Virus record (IMG/VR): IMGVR_UViG_3300031884_000002
Coordinates: 62,001-126,000 of that record
Direction: 5' to 3' (one strand)
Length of the DNA stretch: 64,000 bases
In this document: piece by piece, positions 52,754 through 64,000 of the stretch
How positions within the stretch are numbered: the first letter of the stretch is position 1
Layout of the letters: each line of letters begins with the position of its first letter
Made by a program: the position numbers and the translations under genes
Notes under the pieces: generated by a model
The model's database searches: none
Told to the model about the DNA's origin: nothing
What the model saw: only the letters and a program-made list of their open reading frames with translations

Positions 52754-53614
52754 TTGAAGGATATGAATAAAAAACAATTTACTAAAGATACATCACCATT
52801 TCCATTATTAAATAATAAAGAATGGCTATATCAGAAATATTTAGTTGAAAAATTAAATACAGAAAAAATTGCCAAGTTAGTAGGCTGTGCGAACGGAGCA
52901 ACGATTAGTAGAAATCTTAAAAAATTTAATATTCCGATGCGAAGTTATAGTGAACGTAAACGCAATGCTAATGTTAATTATTTAAAACTAAATATGCCAG
53001 TAATCAATGGATCTCTTCTAGGAGATGCGTTTATTACTAAACAACGTATAAAAAATGGAAGTTGTGGAATATCCAAACGAAATATCCATTATAATCATCT
53101 ATTATATTTTGCCTCTAAAATATTGACAAAAATCCCAGAATCAAGAATTTTTGGTCCATATGAATCTTCTACAAACCTAACTCCAAATGGAAAGCCAGTA
53201 TATTTTCTAAATACATTTAAATTACCAGAAATAGCCGAATTGCGAAATAAATGGTATCCGAATGGAATCAAGATTATACCGAAAGATATTGTTTTAACAA
53301 AGGAAAGTTTATTACATTGGTTTTTGGATGATGGATATTCATATTTTTACAAACAGCGGTACAAAACAACCGAGTATAAATATACACGAGTATTTTTTTG
53401 CACAAATAATTTTACAAAAAAAGATTTAGAATGGTTATGTGTAAAATTAAAGAACGAATTTAATCTTAAATTTACACTATCAAAGAAAGGAATTCGAAAA
53501 GATGGAACTCAGTCATATTTATTAAAACTAAGTGATACTCAAGTAGAAGAATTTTTTAAACTTATAGGGAAATGTCCCGTAAAAGAGTTAGAATATAAAT
53601 GGAAAATTGTTTAA
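52754..53614 (+). CDS. LAGLIDADG homing endonuclease
   Basis: GSLLGDA and HWFLDDG; WYPNG.K..P; CTNNF. Confidence 0.88.
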   Translation: MKDMNKKQFTKDTSPFPLLNNKEWLYQKYLVEKLNTEKIAKLVGCANGATISRNLKKFNIPMRSYSERKRNANVNYLKLNMPVINGSLLGDAFITKQRIKNGSCGISKRNIHYNHLLYFASKILTKIPESRIFGPYESSTNLTPNGKPVYFLNTFKLPEIAELRNKWYPNGIKIIPKDIVLTKESLLHWFLDDGYSYFYKQRYKTTEYKYTRVFFCTNNFTKKDLEWLCVKLKNEFNLKFTLSKKGIRKDGTQSYLLKLSDTQVEEFFKLIGKCPVKELEYKWKIV

Positions 53615-54977
53615 TACTTGACTTTTTATAAATCTTCGATATACTCATAAGATGAAAATACAAGTTACTCGAACATTTGAGCCGATTACTAAAATAGTAG
53701 AGGATTGTCACGAATGTCCCTATTTTTGGAAAGATAATGACGGACAAATGACACTGCAAATGTGCGCCCATCCTAAGTTTGGAACGGGTGGATATGATAA
53801 TGTTATTCCGGACCTTAGAAGGCAATGGGAGAAAGATTATAAAAATAAAATATCAAATAGATGTCCGTATCGAATACTTCAATCTACACTAATGATAGCA
53901 AGTTAAAATTATGAAATCTATTTATGATAAACTATATCGTGGACCTATCTTTAAAAGATGGTTCCGCAATTGGTATGTTTTAGAAAAGGGAAAGGGATAT
54001 AGTACCAATTATACATATGGTAATTGGTATGATGCTACTTTTAATGAGGGCTGTGTATTTGGTCCTTTTTGGAGTGAAAATAGTGTAAAATGTGCCGCAA
54101 TGGAAGCAAATAACCAAAATTATCACAGTATGTTTTCATAATTATGAAATGTTTATTTGGACATAAATTAGGAAAAATAGACGGCGACTTCCAATATTGT
54201 ATTAAATGTGGAGAAAAAAGAGTAAAATGGATATGAAATCATTCAATGAATATTTTAAGGGTAAAATCGATATTTATTTCGACGAGGCTATTATAAATGA
54301 AGAAATATATAATAAACTTCGTGCTGAGTTTATATCACAAGGAATATCAATGGCAGCATCAACGGTTGCTTTAAGTGGATTGGAGTTTCCATATGCTATT
54401 CGTGACGCATTACAATTAGAAATAAATGAGTTAAAAAACAAATTATGAGTACAAGTTATAATACTTATGTTGGACCTTATATCAAAATATATAATCCTGA
54501 GTTATACACCACGATTGTTATTAAAGGATGTGCTTGGAATAAATGTGAAAAATATAAAATATTGTCACATAGCAATTATTGTTCTATGTGTGGAAATCCT
54601 ATCATTGAAGTGGAAGTTCCATCTATAACAAAAAAGATTAAACTTAATGTATATACCGAATTAAATGAAAAACTATATAATCCATATACAGAATATTCTC
54701 CTAAACATTTAAAAGATTATGATATTTATATTCCAAATATCAAAGGATATGGATACCATCCTACAGACGAAACTTATGAGTTTGAAATGATTGATGGTGA
54801 TATTCATAATGTATTATGTAATTTTAATATGTCAATGGAAGATGAAATCATCATATTAAAAAAGAAGTTTGGAATACCAAATGTCAAAACTCAATATGGC
54901 GTACTTGGATATTTAACTTGACTTCCAATCTATCATCTATATACTTCTTAACGTAACAATTAACAAATAATAAAATT

Positions 54978-55592
54978 ATGTGTGATAAAAACTCAAATCT
55001 AAACAAGGCAATCTTGACTCAAGTTCAAGAGTTTGCCAATAACTCAACCACGTTCTCAATCCACGATACTACTGTGGCATTGCGAAATAAGGCAAATGCT
55101 GGCAATCTTAATCTGCCAGAGTTTGAAAATCAAATTGGACAATATAAATATAACATTCCTCATAAGTCGGTGAAAACTGCATTTTTGGAATTGTTGTCCG
55201 ATGGCATTTTCGCCGAAATTGGACTTGATGTTAGTAGCCAATACAACGGAGTATATAATGAATACACCGCTACTGTGACTACTCCTACCCAACCTCCAGT
55301 CTCCATCGTAAGTTCGCCTGTGGCAAATGTTACAATTACAAATCCTCCTTTTACACCTACATCTCAATCGGTTACGGTAAATAAGAAATCCAAACAAGAA
55401 GTAGAATCTAAGGTGTCTAATTATTTGGATAGTCATACAGGGAAACAAGTTTCTATCGAACAAATCCGTGCCGCCATCAAATGTAATGGCTGGACTTGTG
55501 CCGAAATCTTGGATATTGTTAAAACTCAATATCCTAATAATACCCAACTCGGAACGAATTATTATCCTTCTAAGGAATTGGTTGTTGCTTAA
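54978..55592 (+). CDS. hypothetical two-domain protein with a Pro/Thr linker
   Basis: ORF behind the promoter at 54918-54945. Confidence 0.65.
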   Translation: MCDKNSNLNKAILTQVQEFANNSTTFSIHDTTVALRNKANAGNLNLPEFENQIGQYKYNIPHKSVKTAFLELLSDGIFAEIGLDVSSQYNGVYNEYTATVTTPTQPPVSIVSSPVANVTITNPPFTPTSQSVTVNKKSKQEVESKVSNYLDSHTGKQVSIEQIRAAIKCNGWTCAEILDIVKTQYPNNTQLGTNYYPSKELVVA

Positions 55593-55774
55593 TATGGAAA
55601 ACTCCACATTAAAAGACATAGCCATCATCGTCCCAGCAGAGTTTATTGATGATTTCTATAAAGTAATTGAAAGTGGGCTTGAACGAGCCAAACTTACAGG
55701 AGATGTTAGGAAGTCATTAAAAGAATGGTGGGAAGTTGAACGATGTTTCATTAAATAACAAAAGAAAAGAGGCT

Positions 55775-57042
55775 GTGAATGCTCCCAACCTCTAAAGAGG
55801 TTGGGCTTCTATCCTAACTTGCGTTAGAAAAAGAGTCCATTCCGACTCTTAAAATATTTCTTGCAGCATTCAAATCCCTACCAATGTTAAGATTACAAAT
55901 AGGACATTTGTGTTGTCTTTCTGACAACTCTTTCTTAACAATGGTTCCGCATCCCGAGCATATTTGGGTCGTGTATCGTGGGTCAACATTTACTACTTCA
56001 CAGCCAGCTTCTACCGCTTTACTATGGAGCATTTGTCTAAATGCTGCCCAACCCGAGTCCAATATGCTTCTATTCAACGCTCGCCAATTGTCATTCAACA
56101 TTTGGCTTGGTCGAATATCTTCCACACAAATATGAGAATACTCGTTCACTAGTTTCTTGCTCAACTTGTGTAGGAAATCTTTTCGTTGGTTCTTCACTCT
56201 ACAATGGAGTTTAACCAATTCTCTCTTGGTCTTTATCTTCGTCTTGTCATCCTTCGGTTTAAGTTTCAGTTTGGAATACTTACCTTGGACTTTGGAAAGT
56301 TTCTCCTGTGATTGTTTAAGAAAATGAGGATTAGGAATAGTGGTTCCATCCGAACAGGTCACAAAGTCAATACATCCAACATCAATCCCAACTGCTCGTT
56401 TCCATTTTCGTTTTTCAATCTTCACTTCAACTTCACACGAGAAAATAGCATACCAATGTGTGCCTTCACGCTTAATGGTCAAGGTCTTTACCTTGCCTTC
56501 CATTGGTCGGTGGAAGTTAATACGAACGTCTCCAATCTTGGACATCCACATTTTCTTCTTTCCTATCTTAAATCCTGTCTGTGGAAAGGTGAAGGAGTCA
56601 TACCGGTCATAGGACTTAAAGCGTGGGAAACCTGCTTTTCCACTCTTATCCTTCAATCTGCGGAAGAACCCAAGATAGGCAAGGTCAAGTCGGGCAGATA
56701 CGTTTTGGAGGACTTGCGAATGGACTGGAGTTTTCAGTTCCATATCCTTAATTATTTTACAACAATCAAAGTGAGTTAAAGTTTTCTTGGTCTTCTTGTA
56801 GTGGTCGTTTCGCTTCTCAAGGAGTTGGTTATAAACGTAGCGACAAGTATTCAGCGTCTCTTGGAGACGGATAGCACTGCCTCCTTTGGGAGACAATTTG
56901 AACTTGTAATTGCGTTTTACTTTCATTCTATAACATACATATCATCCACTTTAAGGAAAATGTTATTTTATTTCTGTTTCCTTAATATGGTCGTCATTCA
57001 TCCCCTTGGCTAAAGCCGAAGGGGCTTTCTGACTCCAAAAAT
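55775..57042 (-). mobile_element. IS1341-like element (tnpB only)
   Basis: Minus-strand left end TTAC|...AAAG-hairpin ccccttcggctttagccaagggg; right end GAAG-hairpin cccaacctctttagaggttggg...TCAC. Confidence 0.88.
55814..56926 (-). CDS. tnpB: canonical TnpB with HTH and Zn ribbon
   Basis: YKFKLSP, GFPRFK, GIDVG, VEDI, CSGC...CPIC and RDLNAARNI. Confidence 0.96.
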   Translation of the reverse strand: MKVKRNYKFKLSPKGGSAIRLQETLNTCRYVYNQLLEKRNDHYKKTKKTLTHFDCCKIIKDMELKTPVHSQVLQNVSARLDLAYLGFFRRLKDKSGKAGFPRFKSYDRYDSFTFPQTGFKIGKKKMWMSKIGDVRINFHRPMEGKVKTLTIKREGTHWYAIFSCEVEVKIEKRKWKRAVGIDVGCIDFVTCSDGTTIPNPHFLKQSQEKLSKVQGKYSKLKLKPKDDKTKIKTKRELVKLHCRVKNQRKDFLHKLSKKLVNEYSHICVEDIRPSQMLNDNWRALNRSILDSGWAAFRQMLHSKAVEAGCEVVNVDPRYTTQICSGCGTIVKKELSERQHKCPICNLNIGRDLNAARNILRVGMDSFSNAS

Positions 57043-58532
57043 GTAAATACTATGGCTTGAGAATATTTATGTTAATAATTTATTCAACAAACTTATCAAC
57101 AAAGGTTAAACATTTATTTTTCCATTCTTCTACATCGGAAAAATCTGGCCCAAACCGTGCTCCATATGATATACTCGTAGGTTCATTGTATAATTCTACA
57201 TTATCTTTCTGAATAATAAGCCTTCCGCTATATCCATCTCCTTCCGAGATAACCATAATATCATATTTATTATCTATTTTATTTTTCCAAATTGTATTCA
57301 TAATCTATTTTACAATTCCATATTCACGTTCAATTCTATTAATTGTAGAATCACATCCACGATTAATTGCTTCAAATGCCCAATATTCTAAAACCTCATC
57401 TGGTAATACGGGATATAACACCGATAATCTTTTTTCTATATCATCTAATGTAGATTTAAGAACAGTATCTCTAATTTTATTATATTCATTAACCTGATAT
57501 TGAAGTTTTAACTTCCATTCATCTCTTAATGATGGAGAGGTTCTGGCTACAATAGTGCCTTCCGTATATTTAGCAATACTCAATAGTATATCATCACTTG
57601 ATATAAAAATATTCTGCTTATCACATACTCTTCTATTTTTTACAATAACATTTCCATCTATTACTATATCAGAAATGCTATGTAATGTTTTATCAGATGC
57701 GGCTTCATTGTGAATTTTTGGATCGTAATTATAATTATGTATAAAATAAAATGTATTCATATTTAATCTCCATCAACTATAGTAGTTTGTTGTTTTGCTT
57801 TAAATCCTACACATTTTCCAGTATCATCAATTTTACAAAGAGAAGGGACCGAACACTTCAATTCTTTATTGAAGAAGCATCCGGTTGCCCTACAGTCAAT
57901 CTCTTCATAATCTCTACTCACCCAAGGATGATGGTAAGAATTATCTCCCTGTCTTCCCATTAAATGGCAAGTATCCATAATAATTAAAACTGTTTACCAT
58001 TGATTGGAATGGTTTGAACTGACTCCTTAGTGCGAATTTTTATTCCGTGTTCCTTTAGTGATTTGGGCTTAATTAATTGAAACAATTCTCCAAGATTAGT
58101 AATTTTATTTTTCTTTTTCTTAGTTAATTCATTCTGAGTTTTAGCCGCATCTCTAAGTCTCTGAAGAACCGTTTCTGCCGGAGTTCCCTCTTTATAGGTT
58201 ACAACAAAGGCATCAAATTCATCTTTAATCTTACCTTCTGGATCGTTAATAAATACAAGATGATTATAGAGTAACTTAGGCAATTTATTAGCTTCTTTTT
58301 CCTCTGCTTCCTCAACAGCTACCGCTTCAAGGTCTTTAATAATTGCTAATATAGTAGGTTCATCTACATTGCGTTCAGTTAATGTTAATTTAATTTGTTC
58401 TATGTCGAATTTTGCCATATATTTTTATTAATTTTTAATTATGTTAAAGTATAACAGAAATATTAAAAATGTCAATAAAAATATTTTCATTTTATATGAC
58501 GTTTTTTAATATGACATTATATTTATACTCGT

Positions 58533-59483
58533 ATGAATGATACATCAAAATTAAACCAAAGTCAAGAGAAAGAAAAAATATGGGAAGAAAAAAGTTATAT
58601 AGAACCAGAGAAGAATTACTCGAACAGCAACGTGCCAGAGGAAATAGATACTATAATAAACACAAAAGAAAAATCAATATTAAAAATATGCGACGATACT
58701 ATAACAAAAAAAAGTGGAATATACAAAATAATAAATAAAACAAATAACAAATACTATATAGGAAGTGCTAAAAATATTAGAATTAGAATTAAATATGGTC
58801 ATTTATGGGCACTAAAATCTAAAAAACACAGAAACAGACATCTTCAAAGAGCATGGAACAAATTTGGAGAAGATAATTTTTATATAATGATTATAGAATA
58901 TGTTCCTATAGAATTATTAAAAATTGTAGAACAAAGATATTTAGATATAGCAAAATCAGAAATAGATAATGTATATAACATACAGTTTATAGCCGATAGA
59001 TTAGAAGTAACTGATTATATGCGAGAATGTGTTAGAGCATCAAATAAAAACAGAGTATGGACAAAGGAATCTCGTAAAAAATTAAGCAAAGTTCATACTG
59101 GGTATAGACATACAGATGAAGCCAAACAAAAAATGAGCGATGCCAATAGAGGTAAAATTATTTCTTTGGAACATAGATTAGCAGTTGGAATTGCGACAAG
59201 AGAACGGATCAAAAAATATGGATCTCCAATGAAAGGAACTCACATGTCCAAGGAAACAAAACAAAAACTTAGTAAATCAAGAACTGGAAAATATAGAGGG
59301 AAGGAAAATCACGCATTTGATAATACTATTTATAATTTTATCCATAACAAAACTGGCGAAATATTTGTAGGAACTAGACACGAATTAAAATTAAAAGCAA
59401 ATCTTTGTATTGATAGTTTATATAAACTAATAAATAATAAAATATTTACTTCCAAAGGTTGGGCATTAATATATCCTATTTAA
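58533..59483 (+). CDS. GIY-YIG homing endonuclease with NUMOD3 repeats
   Basis: SGIYKIINKTNNKYYIGSA; HTDEAKQKMS; N-terminus paralogous to the 11628 gene. Confidence 0.92.
   Translation: MNDTSKLNQSQEKEKIWEEKSYIEPEKNYSNSNVPEEIDTIINTKEKSILKICDDTITKKSGIYKIINKTNNKYYIGSAKNIRIRIKYGHLWALKSKKHRNRHLQRAWNKFGEDNFYIMIIEYVPIELLKIVEQRYLDIAKSEIDNVYNIQFIADRLEVTDYMRECVRASNKNRVWTKESRKKLSKVHTGYRHTDEAKQKMSDANRGKIISLEHRLAVGIATRERIKKYGSPMKGTHMSKETKQKLSKSRTGKYRGKENHAFDNTIYNFIHNKTGEIFVGTRHELKLKANLCIDSLYKLINNKIFTSKGWALIYPI
58580..58738 (+). CDS. overlapping basic peptide MGRKK-2 (52 aa)
   Basis: Same 47-nt offset from the endonuclease ATG as the peptide at 11675. Confidence 0.75.
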   Translation: MGRKKLYRTREELLEQQRARGNRYYNKHKRKINIKNMRRYYNKKKWNIQNNK

Positions 59484-59901
59484 TATTCATCTGTATTAGT
59501 TCAATGTTCCATTCTTTAGCAAGTTGCTTGGTAAGTTCATTGGGGTATTTTTCCATCTCTTCACAATAATATACTTTCGATATTTGTTTATAACCAATAA
59601 TTTTAATACATTCGGGACAAGGTAAATGAGTAACTGCTAAAAACTCAACTTCATATGGTAATATTCTATTTAATACATTGGCTTCTCCGTGAACTACTCG
59701 TTTTCTTCGTTCATCTCTATCTGACCAATCTATATCATGTTTAGGTAATGCTCCATTATATCCCAATGCAAAATCATTTCCATTCTTTTTTAAAGCACAT
59801 GCACCTACTTGAACGTAAGGGTCTTCACTTCTATATTTGGCAATATCATATGCCAGACGCAGACAAGTTTCTTCCCAAGATAATCGGGGTCTTCCATTCA
59901 T
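59476..59901 (-). CDS. dCMP deaminase
   Basis: RSEDP..QVGAC, GYNG, HGEAN and PCPEC. Confidence 0.92.
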   Translation of the reverse strand: MNGRPRLSWEETCLRLAYDIAKYRSEDPYVQVGACALKKNGNDFALGYNGALPKHDIDWSDRDERRKRVVHGEANVLNRILPYEVEFLAVTHLPCPECIKIIGYKQISKVYYCEEMEKYPNELTKQLAKEWNIELIQMNIK

Positions 59902-62900
59902 ATAATTTCTTCAATAGTAATTTTATATTTTTTAGTCGTATTAAAAGGTAGTAATCCATAATATTTCATTTCCACAAATCCTTTTTCTCCATACCCAGAA
60001 ATTAAAGTATTAGGACTATGTACAATATCAAAATAATATAACCCCGTATAAAAAAAAGGTTCTTCAGTAGAAGGTATATTATGAGAAACTGAAGTTAGCA
60101 TAATGTCAAATGATACTGGTTTAAACACAATAGGATGTTCTATTGGTATTTCTTTATACATTGGTTCTAATTTAGATATAACTTTATCATATGGAACATA
60201 TTCTATAGTATTAACATTAGAAATAACATTTACCAAAAAATGTTTATTATCATTTCCGGTATTAGTATCGCCTATAATTCCTTTGCGTTTTATACCCAAA
60301 ATACTATTGTATTCTATACTATCGTTTATTTTTAATTCATTTATTTTCATAATATTGTCAAGTCCAGAGTATATTCCTATGAGTTACTAACCAAATCATG
60401 TATTCAGTATCAGTATCATATATCAATTTTTCCAGCCGATTGGTTTCTCCATATAATTCTTCATATTTTTTCTTGGCGTCATCAGGATTATTATATTGAA
60501 GAGGAAATCCTTTGGATATATCAAATGGAGGATATGAGTCATCTAATTTTTTCTGCATTTCGGCTCTGCCGGTTTTAGCCCAATTATATATTTTAATAAT
60601 TGCTTCTTTTTCAGATTTAAGATTATCCCATCCTATTACATTTAAAGCATCTTCGCCTTCAATATAATCAATTATACCGGCAAATAAAACATTCTCATAA
60701 ATTGTGTCAAGATCTAACCATCTATTACTTATTGACTTCTTAACCCACTTATTTCTAGGGTTAAGCCAACACCTAATTCCATATGATATATCTCGATAGA
60801 AATAAGGACATAAAATAGTATATTTATCTTGTAATTTATTCCAGAGTTTCATTTTAATCGTTTCAGTAATTCTTGTTTTAATTCTAATACTTTATTATCA
60901 TATATTCTAAATCCACCTGAATTATTACAGGCATCTTTCGCAGAATAATCTACCCATCTTGTATATAAATCTAATAATTGTTCGTTAGTTACCAATTCGT
61001 TGACTACCCGCTTTATACCATTATAACCCATGGATTTTTGGAATATTCTATCACTTTTAATCTTTTTCTGTCTTTTTAAGTTTTCTAATGCCAAATCCTT
61101 CATCACTTCAATTGGAAGTTCGTATTTTTTACATCGGTGAGGAGCATCATTATCATTTACTAAAATCCATTTAGTTTTATATTTTCCCCATCGGACATGA
61201 GTAGTTCCACATCCTTTACATTTAGGATTTTCAATATAGTGGGGATATGAATAATAATCATCAACCCACATACTATCTGCGTCCATATCGGCTATATCAC
61301 CCATTTTTTAAGTTTAACATATTTGACTCAAATGTCAATTTAATTTGACATGTAGATTAAACCTGCTATATTGAGAATATGAAATTAACCGGCAAACTTT
61401 TAGAAAAATATTTGGAGAATCCAAATGGAATGGACGAAGAAGTGAGAGAAGCATTGAAATTGCCAGATAATAGATATTATTCCATTGTTACATGGAGTAT
61501 AAATGAAGCATCAATTGGAAATGTATATGTGTCTAGGGTAGAACGAGTTGTTAAAAATAAAAAAGTTTCAAAATCAGACCAGAAAAGTAATCCTTGACTT
61601 ACAATCTTAAAACTGTATAATATGTGGCTATGTGGAAAAGAATAATAACCGATATGCCGCCTGAAAATACAAGAATTATTATATCAGATGGAGCAACCAT
61701 TGCCATTTGCCGTTATATATTGGGAAATGAGTGTATTCATTGGTTGTTTGATTCTGAATCATTTTCAGACATTAAAATAATTTATTGGATGGAATTGCCA
61801 AAACTTCCACCTGAAATTAAACAAATATCGGCGGAAATATAATTTATGTATAACCTAATTAGCACTACTAAACCAAATGCAAAAAAAGAATATGATTGTA
61901 TTTGGTGTTCTGAAAAAATCCTAAAAGGAGAACAACACGTAAAAGAAGTCGGTGAATATCAAGGAGATTTTCAAAGTAATCGCTGGCACCAAGAATGTCA
62001 TAACGCCGCTCAATTATATTTCGAGGAAAGTAATGAAAATGAGTTCACTCCACATAATAATGAACGTGGTTCAAAAAAAGAAAAAATCCTAGATGTAAAA
62101 CCAGTATATATAAATAAAATGATAGATAGATTGACTAAAATCGTATCATTTGAAATGAATCCTAATGAATCTAAAAGATATTTCAATTTAGTAGATAGAC
62201 ATAGAGCAGTTTGTAACGCATATTCATTTAAAATATTATTCTCACCAAATGGAATAGGAACCGGAGTTCAAATTATTTGTGGAACTTGTGATGTTAAATG
62301 GGATATAACCGATTATGATAGTTGGTAATTTATGAATATTGAAACCATAAAAATAAGCGATGACGTTTCAATTGAAATATGTCATGGACACTGGACCAAA
62401 ATAATATACGAAATACCAGAAGATTACGAAGACCAAAGTTGTGAGTTTCCAATTTCAATTGAAGAACTTAGAATTTTAAAAAAATATTTAAACTCCAGAA
62501 CCGATTTATGAAATTAGTATTAACATACGATATATCGGACCACTGTACTTATTCATATCCAAATCATATTCCATTTGAATATGAATCAAAAGAAAAGGCG
62601 GAATATGATTTATATGAAGAGTGGCAACGAATTGGAAGAGAATTAGTCATGTATTCCAAATGGGAAGAAAAGTGTCCCAGCACATCTTCTAAACAAGAAA
62701 AATGGAAAGCGTGGGATAAAATGAAACCCAACGTTAATTTAAATATTAAATTGGGAACAATTAAAGAATTGGACGTTAATGATTTTACAATATATCAATC
62801 TTTGTCCAATAAACCACGAGAATACAATGAGCCAAAAATCATGACCTTGGATGAATGGTTTAATTATTATAAAGAATAATATGACAGAAAAAGATACAAA

Positions 62901-63147
62901 CTCGGTAATTGAATTATTACAAATGGCAATATGTCCTAATTGCGATGGTAATGGAATTATCCAAACTCAATCTCGACAATATGTAACACGAGAGATGGCA
63001 CTAGATTGCGGATGTCCCGATATGGAAGGTTCAGTATTTAATGATAATGAATACGACCAATGCCAATGGTGCGATGAACGTAGGATGTTAATAAACAAAT
63101 ATAAAATATGAATTATTTTAGATTTGATCCTATATTTATAAAACTAT

Positions 63148-63546
63148 ATGAAGAAAAAAATTAATTTATTTTTAGATGATGAACGTCTTCCAAGACATGT
63201 ATATTGGATAGAATTACCATTGGTGGAATGGACCATTGTTAGAACTTATAATGAGTTTGTAAATGCTGTTTTAAATAACAATATTAATATCGTTAGTTTT
63301 GATCATGACCTTTGTATGGAACATTATCAAGAATATCATAGAGCCAATGATACTGATAAAAATATAAATTATAATAACATTAAAGAAAAAACCGGATATC
63401 ATGCCGCTATATTTATGGCAGAATATTGTATTGAAAACAAATTAAAATTACCAGAATATTATATTCATAGTATGAATTATATGGGAAAACAAAATATTCT
63501 ATCCGTTTTAACTTCGGCTCAAAAAGTCATTGACAATAATCTATAA
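63148..63546 (+). CDS. cyclic-phosphate-processing receiver-like domain protein
   Basis: LFLDDER, SFDHDL, TGY and IHSMN. Confidence 0.75.
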   Translation: MKKKINLFLDDERLPRHVYWIELPLVEWTIVRTYNEFVNAVLNNNINIVSFDHDLCMEHYQEYHRANDTDKNINYNNIKEKTGYHAAIFMAEYCIENKLKLPEYYIHSMNYMGKQNILSVLTSAQKVIDNNL

Positions 63547-63827
63547 CCTGATATACTCCGTTCATTATGAAATTACGAATTATGCTTAGTGCAATAACTG
63601 TGTTTTTATCTTTAACACTTGATAAAACAATTAACTTCTTCTATTCTCCTATTACTGGACTTGCCACTGCTAATAGTTTAAATGATAGCGTAGGTAATTA
63701 TGGATGGGCTAAGTTTGTCCGTGATGGTGAAATTAACGATTTAATCTGGTGGTCTTGTGCTGTGATTTTATCTATTATTTGGATACAATTTATGATTAAA
63801 TATAATAAACAAAATAATTAACAATTT

Positions 63828-64000
63828 ATGAAAAAACAACTACTCATCGGGCTGCTTGCTATTGGCATTGCAGCGACACTAACTGGATGTGGACCTGCTA
63901 AAGTTCAAACTCCTAAAGAAATTAAACCAAATGAAACTTGCTGGGTAATTCCACTTGATACATTGAGTCAATCAGGACAAGCAAAGTTTAATTCGGTTGA
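63828..64000 (+). CDS. lipoprotein (partial, runs off the window)
   Basis: MKKQLLIGLLAIGIAATLTGC lipobox. Confidence 0.65.
   Translation, partial: MKKQLLIGLLAIGIAATLTGCGPAKVQTPKEIKPNETCWVIPLDTLSQSGQAKFNSV

Noticed and set aside
55056-55628. Long antisense ORFs (for example 55056-55628, 56312-56779, 27351-27800, 7562-7948)
   Set aside because: They are shadows of well-supported genes on the opposite strand, with no promoter or motif support.
1-64000. Alternative genetic code (TAG or TGA reassignment), as in some large phages
   Set aside because: Conserved genes (ligA, thyA, rIIA, PARP) are full length in the standard code, and TGA is used in ATGA stop/start overlaps.
1-64000. cas1, cas2, cas4, Tn7-like genes, reverse transcriptase, tRNA or rRNA genes
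   Set aside because: No matching motifs were seen in the ORF track or intergenic gaps by eye. A tRNAscan/HMM run is needed to be definitive.

Overview
A strongly AT-rich, gene-dense segment of a large (jumbo/huge) bacteriophage genome, read in the standard genetic code. It carries rIIA/rIIB, an NAD-dependent DNA ligase, thyA, folA, dCMP deaminase, EF-Ts, an RNA ligase, many short hypothetical genes, about 10 free-standing homing endonucleases and three tnpB-bearing IS200/IS605 elements. Main points: (1) A compact CRISPR locus with no cas1/cas2. Its order is promoter, metallophosphoesterase, a 454-aa Cas12f/TnpB-like protein with substituted RuvC catalytic positions and no C-terminal Zn-finger/RuvC-III, a 59-aa ORF, a structured leader, and an array of 7 full 36-bp repeats. 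It is a candidate nuclease-dead phage type V system. (2) A 241-nt minimal RNase P RNA (24270-24510, minus strand) with a complete catalytic domain. (3) A second, orphan CRISPR mini-array with a different repeat. (4) An rIIB-acyl carrier protein fusion and a CoaD-CoaE fusion. (5) A WGR-PARP. (6) A conserved basic MGRKK peptide overprinted on the 5' ends of three homing endonuclease genes. (7) Two promoter classes: TTGACW-N16-TATACT, and TATTTATA just upstream of start sites. All family calls come from motif recognition by eye; no database searches were run.
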